The notes under the pieces: model-generated
Seen by the model: the letters and a program-made list of their open reading frames with translations, nothing else
Told to the model about the DNA's origin: nothing
Database searches by the model: none
Assembly (NCBI GenBank): GCA_016705125.1
Contig: JADIYW010000025.1
Coordinates: forward strand, 6,722-70,721
Origin: Bacteroidota bacterium
GTDB lineage: Bacteria > Bacteroidota > Bacteroidia > Chitinophagales > JADIYW01
Direction of reading: 5' to 3'
Length of the DNA stretch: 64,000 nucleotides
In this document: positions 9,957 through 19,089 of the stretch, in pieces
Layout: each line of letters opens with the position of its first letter
Numbering within the stretch: the first letter of the stretch is position 1
Translations under genes and position numbers: made by a program

Positions 9957-11236
9957 TTAGTCTTCTTCTTCAGGTGTTAAACTTAAAAAATAGGAGCGAA
10001 TAAAATAATATATATATACTAGGGAATAATTTAGGGTAAATAAAAACAACATTCCTTTTGATGTTTCAAATATTAAATAACCAATATATAATGAACCTAA
10101 ACTAGATAGAATTAAATATACATGAATTAGAAAATCTTCAAATAGCTTCTTGCGGATAAAATAAACATAGGTTAAGGGTCCAACTATAAAATTTAAATAG
10201 TAATAAAATCCAAGGATTTGTGCAAATTCGCCGGCCAAAAACCATTTTTCGCCAAAAACAAATGCAAATAATTGTGGTCCAAATAATAATAATGAAATAA
10301 ATGGCACCAAACCTATAAGGAAAGACCCTATAGCCGTTTTTATAAATAACTGTTTACAATTGTCATTTTTATGTATTTCTTCAATTGCTTTTCTCGAAAA
10401 AATTTGTGATATTGCATTGCTTCCTATCGTTAATGGGATGCCTAAAAATCGTCTAGCATAACCTATGTTTCCCACCTCATAAACTGTAATGGTTTTGGAT
10501 AAGAACAAGGTCGGCAATTCATTTGATGCTGTTTGCATTAAGTCGTTAGGCAATGAAATAAGAAAAATTTCTTTTCAATCTTTAATATTTCTTTTATTCT
10601 TTTAAAAGATGCCAATCTTTTAAATTTCCAATATGGCTTTAAGTAAAATAATAAAGAAATTACTGTTGTCAAAAAAGTACTAAAAAAATAGCCGCCAAGC
10701 AACCCTCTATAATCAGGATGTACATTCAAAATGTGAGGCGCAATAACTGCATATAAAATTTGAAATCCTATGCTCGATAAGGAATAGATTATATTAAGAG
10801 AAGAAATCGTTTTATAGTTAGCATTTTTTTGATACCAAGACCCCATTGAAGAATTGAATCCATTTAAAAAAACTACTACTGGAATTAAATATATAAATTT
10901 TGAGAAAATTATATTTTCACCACTCACAAAACTAATTATTTTTGGAAAAAAAACCAACAGAAAAAATAACGCAATCGACACTATTAAATTGATACTATTA
11001 GATAATAAAATTGCATTAACCGTATTAGTTACTTTACGCTGAATTAATATACTATGATTATAATGGGAATTAAAAAATGCATTTAATATATTTATTAGTG
11101 CCATAAATACTGCCACTATTCCATAATCAATAGGATGGTAAATTCGTGAAAGTACTGGCGCCAAAAACAAAGGCACAAATGTGGCTATAGAACCACCAAA
11201 GAAAAGGGTAAAAAAATTCTTCCCCTCTCCAACCAT
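9957..11236 (-). pseudogene. wzx: Wzx-type polysaccharide flippase, split in two by a frameshift
   Basis: ORFs 10538-11236 (232 aa) and 9957-10553 (198 aa, apparent TTG start) are both polytopic. Together they reach the ~430 aa typical of Wzx. The downstream frame is open back to 10574, and the switch lies at the A5 run 10563-10567. Confidence 0.65.
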
Positions 11237-11291
11237 AAGTTTCTCTTTTTAGCTTTAATAAAATTAAATACCTTCATTTATCTAAAAGAAG

Positions 11292-12146
11292 TTAATAAGT
11301 AATGATTGGATTGCAATAATTAACAATTTCCAAAAATTTTCGTTTATCATTTATATCAAATTGATACAAAGCATTTCTATCAAAATATTTACTATTTAAA
11401 ATAGCTGTTGACTTTTTATTTTCTTCTGTTAAAACGATTAATTCAAATTTGCCTTTTTCCAATCCAAATATTTTGGAAATAGAGGTGTCGGGAAATGCTT
11501 CCCCATCTTTTGTAATAACAATAGCACTATCTGGCAATAAATACTTCAAATTAAATGTATTTAATCTCTGATGGTTTGATTTGTTTTTAAAGTACACATC
11601 ATTTACTGGGTCATGGATTTCCCAATTTCCATTATCTGGATTAAAGACTTCTAAATAAACATAAGAAGAAACGATTTTTGAATTATTTTCAAAGAACATT
11701 GCTGACATAATACGTGTCTTATATTTAAAATATTGACACAATCGTTGCATAACCAAAATGGTAGGATAAGAAGTTAACCCCGGTTTTTTATTTAGTTTTT
11801 TATTTGAATATAAAAACATATCCTCAATTACTTTTGAAGTATTAAAAGTATATGAATATAGTTGGGTTGCTTGGTTCGAACAATTATTATGCACCCACGA
11901 TCTTAAAGAATCAATTCTATTGGTTTCATTCTTGAAATTAATCGCTGCAAAGTATTCATAAATAGCTGGATTTTCGTCTTTTGCCTTTTTCTGAATGCTG
12001 TAATCTGCTTTTTCGCGCAATAAGTTTTTTAATTTTTCAGCCTTTTCGGGTTCTACCAAAAAAGATATATTAGCAAACAAACTAATGGCTAAGAAGAACA
12101 CCAGAATTGAAAAAAATATTAATCTTTGCAATTTACTATTACTCAT
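11292..12146 (-). CDS. membrane-anchored transglutaminase-like fold protein, paralogue B (catalytic Cys and His replaced)
   Basis: 284 aa with an N-terminal TM. Aligns with the 14117-14932 product (WEIHDPVNDVYFK vs WEIQDPLNDVYYK; RLNT). It has TSYPT and SSYVYLEV where the paralogue has SCGPR and GSHSFLEI. Confidence 0.45.
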   Translation of the reverse strand: MSNSKLQRLIFFSILVFFLAISLFANISFLVEPEKAEKLKNLLREKADYSIQKKAKDENPAIYEYFAAINFKNETNRIDSLRSWVHNNCSNQATQLYSYTFNTSKVIEDMFLYSNKKLNKKPGLTSYPTILVMQRLCQYFKYKTRIMSAMFFENNSKIVSSYVYLEVFNPDNGNWEIHDPVNDVYFKNKSNHQRLNTFNLKYLLPDSAIVITKDGEAFPDTSISKIFGLEKGKFELIVLTEENKKSTAILNSKYFDRNALYQFDINDKRKFLEIVNYCNPIITY

Positions 12147-12147
12147 C

Positions 12148-14105
12148 TTATTTGTTGTTTTTTATTAAAATGTGTGCATTCAAATAAGGCCAAAATAAAG
12201 AACAATCTACATCAGACCAAGTTTTATTCTTTGCTTTTGATAATGCCCATTCACTTAATTTTTTCCCTTCAAAAATAGTTGATTGTTGAAATTCAAGTGA
12301 ATTTATTTCATCTTGCAGAAATTCAGACATCGGTCCATTAAACCACTCTACCATAGGCGAACCAAGTCCAATTTTTAATTTCCTATTTCTAATAATTTCT
12401 GGCATTATTCCCTTCATCGAATCTCTTAAAATTCTCTTCGTAAACCCTCCACCAATTTTGCTTTGCTGCGGAATAGAAAAAATAAATGACACCAACCTAT
12501 AATCCATAAATGGCATTCTTATTTCAATACCATGTTGCATTGAGCCTCTATCAAAATCTCTTAAATTATAAGGCAATTCGTCATAATGGAAATGATTATA
12601 AATAATAGATTCTTTCGTTTCTCTGTTTTTCTCCCTATAAAAATCATCGCTAATATATGGAATAGATCGAATCTCTTGCTCTTTTAAAAAATCATGCGAA
12701 TTTATAGGCGAAAGTCCATTGACCTTTTTTGGAGGAAAAAGGTGATGTTTTACGGCTCTTAATTTTTTGTAAACAGGATTTTGTCTATTTTTTGAATTAA
12801 AAAGCGCTTCAATTGTAGCCTGTTTTTCCTTTCTTTCTTCAGGAAAAAGGATGTCTAAATAGGTTTCCTTTAATGCCATTGCAGATGGGTCGTTCTGCTC
12901 AATAGCCATTCTCATTGCCGAAAAAACGGAGTTTCGATATCCATACATCATCTCATCCACTCCATGTCCATCCATGGATACGATAATTTTGTCGGCACGC
13001 ATGCCCTTATAAACATCGGTAAGACAAATAATTGGACCGCCCGAAATGCCATCAAATAATATAGTTCCTTTTTCGATATCCGATATCAGATTTGTATAAT
13101 CGGGTATCAGATACTTGGCGTTTCCATTTGTAAATTTAATTACCTCCTCCGCATAATGTCGTTCATCCACTTTCGTATTTGGAAAGGTGGCCACAAATGC
13201 CTTTTGCCAATTTGATGGAAGTCGTTCTTTTTGAATCGAATTATCATTCATTAAATGGTGAAGCATACAATACACTGCCGATGAGTCCACTCCTCCACTT
13301 AGTGCGGAGGCTAAGGGAACATCAGACCGCATTCGGATACGACAAGCATCTTCAAAAATTTCTTTGAAATAGGCTACTTGATCTTCATAATTTGTAGGAA
13401 ATGTAACTAAATTATCGAGCGTACTCCACCATTTAATCTGAACAGGTTTCTGTCCTTTTTTATTTCAATATAATGCCCTGGCAATAATTGTGTGACATCT
13501 TTAAAAATAGTATACCCAAATGCCTCAATAGATGAAAAAGAAAGAATCGAACGAGATAAAAGTTGTGTGTCAAATTCTCTTTTAAAATTACTTAAATACT
13601 TAAAGGCTATCGTTTCGGATGCAAATGCAAAAAAATCATTCTGCTTATAAATATAATGTAGTGGCTTTACTCCAAATCTGTCTCGGGAAAGAAATAATTT
13701 CTTTTTAAAATTATCCCATATTGCAAATGCCCACATGCCATTGAATTTTTTTAGGCAGTCTTTACCCCAAAAATCGTATGCTGCTAATATCACTTCTGTA
13801 TCCGACTCAGATTTAAAATTATATCCTTCTGAAAGCAGTATTTTTTTTAATTCTATAAAATTATATATCTCTCCATTATAGGTAATGGAATAGCGATTGT
13901 TTAAATATTCAAGTGGTTGCTTTCCATTTTCCGAAAGGTCTAAAATAGAAAGTCTGCGGTGCCCCAACCCAAGTGTTTCATTATCATATAGTGTATAACC
14001 ACTCCCATCAGGGCCGCGATGTCTTAATGAATCTGTGAATTTTTCTAATTCATTTAATTCAACTAATCTGTTATTAAGATTCCAAACGCCTGCAATTCCA
14101 CACAT
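12148..14105 (-). pseudogene. asparagine synthase-family amidotransferase, split by a frameshift
   Basis: 13407-14105 encodes the GATase domain (MCGIAG...). 12148-13332 encodes the synthetase domain (SALSGGVDSSAV). The second frame is open upstream and reads QKPVQIKWWSTLDNLVTFPTNYEDQVAYFKEIFEDACRIRMRSDVP. One-base slippage in the T6/A6 run at 13456-13461 restores ...YIEIKKGQKPVQIKWW.... Confidence 0.75.
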
Positions 14106-14116
14106 CCTAATTCCCT

Positions 14117-14932
14117 TTAGTACACAATAATGTTTTTATAATTTTTGAAATAACCCTCCAAAGTGGTTCCATCAATTGGGTAAACTTTTTCTTTTGTATA
14201 ATATTTAGAATTTAAAAGCACAATAAAATCTCCTTCCTTTGGTTTTATGGAAACAATTTTAAAACTTTCCGTTAATTCGATAAAGTTATATGGTAATACT
14301 TTTACACCACAATTAAGACTATCTCTACATGGTAAAAAATCCAATTTTTCCATCATTGTAATTTGTAAAGTATTTAGCCTGTTTCCTTCACTGTCTTTAT
14401 AATATACATCATTTAATGGGTCTTGAATTTCCCATCTTTTTGTGTCTTCATTATAAATCTCTAAAAATGAATGACTCCCAATCATATTCGGATTATTTTG
14501 AAAGAAAATGGAAACAAACCTAGTTTCAAAGCCTAACATATAAAGCAACTCTTGCATAGCTAAAGCCCTTGGCCCACATGACATTGGCGGACTATTACTT
14601 TTTTTTATATAAGATTGATAAATATCATGTAATGTTATTTTTGGATCAAACGAATCTATATAATTTGTATCGCCGGTTCCAAAAGTATTTTCAAAAATCC
14701 AATGTCTAATATAATCTAATTCGGCAGTTTTCGAAGTGAATTTCTTGTTTTTAAAAAAAGCCAATACTTCTGGATTTGCTTTTAAAGATTTTTCCATCTC
14801 TGTTCGATGTGTTATGGTCTTAATTTTTTCTTTCAAAGCACTTACCCTAGTCGCATCTTGAAGAAAATAAAGATTAAGAAACGCGCTTAATCCTAGTATT
14901 ATTACCACTATAAATAAAAATAGTTTTCTCAA
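14117..14932 (-). CDS. membrane-anchored transglutaminase-like (papain-fold) protein, paralogue A with Cys-His-Asp pattern
   Basis: 271 aa with an N-terminal TM. SCGPRA..(35 aa)..GSHSFLEIY..(17 aa)..WEIQDP matches the order and spacing of the transglutaminase-core Cys/His/Asp. The only in-frame start is TTG at 14932, 6 nt after the upstream stop. Confidence 0.5.
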   Translation of the reverse strand: MRKLFLFIVVIILGLSAFLNLYFLQDATRVSALKEKIKTITHRTEMEKSLKANPEVLAFFKNKKFTSKTAELDYIRHWIFENTFGTGDTNYIDSFDPKITLHDIYQSYIKKSNSPPMSCGPRALAMQELLYMLGFETRFVSIFFQNNPNMIGSHSFLEIYNEDTKRWEIQDPLNDVYYKDSEGNRLNTLQITMMEKLDFLPCRDSLNCGVKVLPYNFIELTESFKIVSIKPKEGDFIVLLNSKYYTKEKVYPIDGTTLEGYFKNYKNIIVY

Positions 14933-14937
14933 TTTTG

Positions 14938-15882
14938 TTATTTTCTATTTGTCAAAAATGGGTGGTAATTATTTTCTAGTGGCATTATTTCAGCATGTCT
15001 GATTCCATGAACTATTTCAATTGATTTTTTTGCCTCAATTAGTCTAAATCCATTTCCATCCAGAATGTGTTGGTATGATTTTGTATGCAAATCTGTAAAA
15101 CCATCACTAAATTCTATTTCCTCTCCTTCCATTGATAAAGACCTAAATGTTCTTTTTCCTTCTGCTCTTATTTTTTCAGGAATTGTTAAGTAATCTATAC
15201 TCAAAAACCACTTTACATTTGCTTTTTCAAATCTCAAATATCCTGCTGCACTTGTTTTATTATGTAAATGTACTATATTTTCTTTTAAATCGCCAAATAC
15301 CCAACCCAACATATCATAAAAATGTACACCAATATTGGTTGCAATTCCTCCCGATTTTTGAACATCCCCTTTCCAACTCGTTTGATACCAATTTCCTCTG
15401 GAAGTTATATAGGTTAAATCTATCTCATAAATTTTGTCTTTGGGGCCATTGGCAATTCTCTGCTTTAGTTCGATAATACTTGGGTGCAACCTAAGTTGAA
15501 AAATATTATAAACATTTTTGCCAGTTTCCTTTTCTATCTCTAATAATGCATCGACATTCCATGGATTAAGTACGAGTGGTTTTTCACATATTACATCCGC
15601 ACCATGCCTCAATCCAAATCGAATATGTGAATCATGTAAATAATTGGGAGTGCAAATACTTACAAAATCTATTTTTTTTCCCTCTCTTTTTATTTTATCT
15701 ATATGCCTGTCGAACCTTTCAAACTCTGTGAAAAAATCAGCATCAGGGAAATAGCTATCTATTACCCCTACACTATCAAACTTATCTAATGCTGCCACCA
15801 AATTATTGCCTGTATCTTTTATGGCCTTCAAATGGCGTGGCGCTATAAATCCTGCTGCTCCTATTAAAGCGAAATTCTTCAT
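14938..15882 (-). CDS. Gfo/Idh/MocA family oxidoreductase (WbpB-like UDP-GlcNAcA 3-dehydrogenase)
   Basis: 314 aa. [21 protein letters not shown] Rossmann N-terminus. Sits next to the WbpD-like and WbpE-like genes. Confidence 0.7.
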   Translation of the reverse strand: MKNFALIGAAGFIAPRHLKAIKDTGNNLVAALDKFDSVGVIDSYFPDADFFTEFERFDRHIDKIKREGKKIDFVSICTPNYLHDSHIRFGLRHGADVICEKPLVLNPWNVDALLEIEKETGKNVYNIFQLRLHPSIIELKQRIANGPKDKIYEIDLTYITSRGNWYQTSWKGDVQKSGGIATNIGVHFYDMLGWVFGDLKENIVHLHNKTSAAGYLRFEKANVKWFLSIDYLTIPEKIRAEGKRTFRSLSMEGEEIEFSDGFTDLHTKSYQHILDGNGFRLIEAKKSIEIVHGIRHAEIMPLENNYHPFLTNRK

Positions 15883-16460
15883 TAATTAACTCTACTAATT
15901 TTTTGATCCAATAATATATACTCTTGATTCGTTTCTGGGCAAAATGCATGCCCCTTTTCATCAAAAATTAATTTATGCCCATATTCGCTCACCCAACCAA
16001 TTTGTCGAGCAGGATTACCAACAACTAATGCATAATCAGGAACAGGCTTTGTAATAACAGCCCCAGCGCCAATTAGTGCATACGAACCTATCGCATTTCC
16101 ACAAACAACTGTGGCATTCGCTCCAATTGAGGCTCCCTTTTTTACAAGGGTTTCTTTATATTGATCTTTTCTAATTACTGCACTCCTTGGATTACTTACA
16201 TTAGTAAAAACCATTGAGGGACCCAAAAAAACATCATCTTCACAAATCACTCCTGTATAAATAGAGACATTGTTCTGAACTTTCACGTTTTTCCCTAAAA
16301 CAACACCCGGACTTACTACGACATTTTGACCAATATTACATTTTTCACCAATAATACAGCCAGCCATTATATGACTAAAATGCCATATCTTGGTCCCTGA
16401 TCCAATTTTGCAACCTTCATCAACAATTGCGCTAGGATGGTTATAAAAATTATCCTCCAT
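15882..16460 (-). CDS. left-handed beta-helix (hexapeptide) N-acetyltransferase, WbpD/WlbB-like
   Basis: 192 aa. Repeated hexapeptide pattern ([31 protein letters not shown]...). Confidence 0.75.
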   Translation of the reverse strand: MEDNFYNHPSAIVDEGCKIGSGTKIWHFSHIMAGCIIGEKCNIGQNVVVSPGVVLGKNVKVQNNVSIYTGVICEDDVFLGPSMVFTNVSNPRSAVIRKDQYKETLVKKGASIGANATVVCGNAIGSYALIGAGAVITKPVPDYALVVGNPARQIGWVSEYGHKLIFDEKGHAFCPETNQEYILLDQKISRVN

Positions 16461-16463
16461 ATT

Positions 16464-17591
16464 TTATTTAAAAAAATCTAATACTGAGGTGCAAATATAA
16501 TCTAAAATTTCATTTGTTGTTTCTGTATGAATTGGTAATGAAATTACCCTTTCACACAAATCTATTGTGGTTTTAAAATCGCTAGGATTTATAGTATTGT
16601 CTTTAAACGCCTCTTGACTAAAAAGTGGCAATGGGTAATATATCATTGATGGAACTCCCCTCTCCGACAAATGAGTTTGAAGGGCATTTCTTTTTTCCTT
16701 TGGCAATTGAATCGTATATTGATGAAAAACATGCGTTGAATTTAAAACTCTTTTAGGCACTTGAATTTCTGATTTTATTGGTAAAACTCGATCATAAAAA
16801 TCAGCAGTCCATTGCCTCTTGGCAATATATTCATCAATATATTTCAATTTTACCTTCAAAATTGCGGCTTGCATAGTATCTAATCTTGAATTGCAACCTA
16901 CCATTGTATGGTAATATTTTTTGGCTTGTCCATGGTTGGCGATCATTCTTATTTTATGTGCAAGTTCATCGTCATTTGTCGTTAAGGCTCCACCATCTCC
17001 ATAAGCACCCAAGTTTTTTGATGGAAAAAAAGAAGTTGTACCTATATGCCCAATGGTGCCTGCTTTTTGGGTTTTTCCGTTTTTGAAAATATAATCCGCG
17101 CCAATTGCTTGTGCATTATCTTCTATTACAAATAAGCCATATTCTTTTGAAAGCTCCATAATGGATTCCATATCAGCACATTGTCCATAAAGATGCACAG
17201 GCACTATTGCTTTAGTTTTATTGGTTATTACTTTTCTTGCGTGCTCAACAGATATATTAAAGGTAAGAGGATCAACGTCCACCATTACTGGTTTAAGTTT
17301 CAAAAGCGCAATGGCCTCCGCTGTGGCCACATAAGTAAATGCTGGAACAATTACCTCGTCACCTATATTAAGGTTAAGTGCCATCAATGCAATTTGAAGT
17401 GCATCAGTTCCATTTGCACACGGAATTACATGTTTTACATTTAAATATTTCTCTAAATCGGATTGAAATTCTTTAACTAAACTTCCATTTATAAATTCTG
17501 CCGATTCAATACAATTAATTACAGCTGTGTCAATTTCTGTTTTTATTTTTTGGTATTGACCTTTTAGGTCTACCATTTGAATATCTTTCAT
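16464..17591 (-). CDS. DegT/DnrJ/EryC1/StrS family sugar aminotransferase (WbpE-like)
   Basis: 375 aa. Typical family layout, including SFFPSKNLGAYGDGG around the PLP lysine. Confidence 0.85.
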   Translation of the reverse strand: MKDIQMVDLKGQYQKIKTEIDTAVINCIESAEFINGSLVKEFQSDLEKYLNVKHVIPCANGTDALQIALMALNLNIGDEVIVPAFTYVATAEAIALLKLKPVMVDVDPLTFNISVEHARKVITNKTKAIVPVHLYGQCADMESIMELSKEYGLFVIEDNAQAIGADYIFKNGKTQKAGTIGHIGTTSFFPSKNLGAYGDGGALTTNDDELAHKIRMIANHGQAKKYYHTMVGCNSRLDTMQAAILKVKLKYIDEYIAKRQWTADFYDRVLPIKSEIQVPKRVLNSTHVFHQYTIQLPKEKRNALQTHLSERGVPSMIYYPLPLFSQEAFKDNTINPSDFKTTIDLCERVISLPIHTETTNEILDYICTSVLDFFK

Positions 17592-17605
17592 CCTATTTTT
17601 TATTT

Positions 17606-18160
17606 CTAATATTTAAAACAAGTTACAATATGATCATTAATTAGACCTGTGGCTTGTAAATGAGCATAAACTATCGTAGAACCAAGAAACTTAAATCCTC
17701 TTTTTTTTAAGTCTTTTGAAATAAGGTCTGATAAATCCGTTTTAGCAGGAATTTCCTTCATGCTTTGCCATTTATTTATTAGCGGTTTGCCATCAAAAAA
17801 ACGCCATAAATAATTACAAAAAGAACCTTCCTGTTCTTGAATTTCAATAAATCGTTGTGCATTATTAATTGAAGCCAAAATTTTTAATCTATTTCTAATT
17901 ATTCCTTCATTTTGCAATAGTTCTTCTACCTTATTATCATCATACTTTGCCACTTTATTTACATCAAAATTGTCATAAGCAATTCTATAATTTTCCCGCT
18001 TTTTAAGTACCGTTATCCAACTCAAACCTGCCTGTGCAGACTCTAAAACTAGGAATTCAAACTGTTTCTGATCATCAAAAACGGGTACTCCCCATTCTTG
18101 GTCGTGATAATTTTCATATAGCTCACTACCTTTACACCAATCACATTTTATTTTTTCCAC
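17606..18160 (-). CDS. tag: DNA-3-methyladenine glycosylase I
   Basis: 184 aa. CDWCKG...YHDQEWGVPVFDD...LESAQAGLSWITVLKKRENYR is the Tag signature. The apparent start is GTG at 18160. Confidence 0.9.
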   Translation of the reverse strand: MEKIKCDWCKGSELYENYHDQEWGVPVFDDQKQFEFLVLESAQAGLSWITVLKKRENYRIAYDNFDVNKVAKYDDNKVEELLQNEGIIRNRLKILASINNAQRFIEIQEQEGSFCNYLWRFFDGKPLINKWQSMKEIPAKTDLSDLISKDLKKRGFKFLGSTIVYAHLQATGLINDHIVTCFKY

Positions 18161-18210
18161 CTTGCTTAGCCCGTTTATTTTTTCGATGTTTGTTCTTTAA
18201 TACATCAAAA

Positions 18211-18996
18211 ATGATAAAAAAAATAACTAGTTTACAGAATCCCATCATAAAAAATGCAATTCTTTTACAAGAAAAGTCAAAAGAGCGCAAAAATCAAGGC
18301 TTATTTGTTGTTGAAGGCATTCGTGAGGTAGAAATGGCATTGAAAAATAATTACTCAATTTCTAATATTTTTTACACCGAAGATGGAGATAATTTAAATA
18401 AATGGTCTCAAATAAACCAAGAAAGACATATTGTAGTCTCTTCTATCATTTTTGAAAAAATGACTTATAGAGGTAAAGCTTCATCTGTATTGGCTATTTT
18501 TCAGGAGAAAGAACACTTATTGGGCAATTTAAAAATTAGTGATAATCCCTTTTTTTTGATAGTTGAAGGGGGAGAAAAGCCAGGTAACCTTGGCGCAATT
18601 TTAAGAACTGCTGATGCTACTAATATAAGCGGTGTTATTTTTTCGAATATGCCCTCTGATTTATACAACCCAAATCTAATCAGATCAAGTTTGGGTGCTT
18701 GTTTTACAGTTCCAATTGCTTTGGCAAGAAATGAAGAAATTCTTTTTTGGCTTAAAAAAAATAAAATAAATACTTATGTAACTCATCTAGAATCTTCTAA
18801 AAATTGCTTTGAAATAGATTTTTGCCAAGCTACTGCCATTGTTTTAGGTGAAGAAGCCACTGGTGTATCTTCTTTTTGGAGTGATGGGCAATTTGAACAT
18901 ATCATTATACCAATGAATGGCACTGTGAATTCATTGAATCTTTCAAATTCTGCAGCTATACTTAGTTATGAGGGTTTCAGACAACGAAATCAATAA
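18211..18996 (+). CDS. TrmH/SpoU family RNA 2'-O-methyltransferase
   Basis: The track ORF starts at 18034, inside tag. ATG at 18211 (MIKKITSLQNPIIKNAILLQEK...) is the plausible start. C-terminal SpoU knot motifs: GNLGAILRTADA, LNLSNSAAI. Confidence 0.8.
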   Translation: MIKKITSLQNPIIKNAILLQEKSKERKNQGLFVVEGIREVEMALKNNYSISNIFYTEDGDNLNKWSQINQERHIVVSSIIFEKMTYRGKASSVLAIFQEKEHLLGNLKISDNPFFLIVEGGEKPGNLGAILRTADATNISGVIFSNMPSDLYNPNLIRSSLGACFTVPIALARNEEILFWLKKNKINTYVTHLESSKNCFEIDFCQATAIVLGEEATGVSSFWSDGQFEHIIIPMNGTVNSLNLSNSAAILSYEGFRQRNQ

Positions 18997-19089
18997 TTTT
19001 TTCACTACAAATAGGTATTTTTTTAAATATTATTACTTGCATATCATAAATATAGTTAAATTAGCCTTCGAATTAAACTTAAAACAATT

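Noticed and set aside
18034-18210. N-terminal 59-aa extension of the TrmH-family ORF overlapping tag
   Set aside because: The extension is antisense to the tag coding region and has no methyltransferase similarity. ATG at 18211 starts the conserved sequence.
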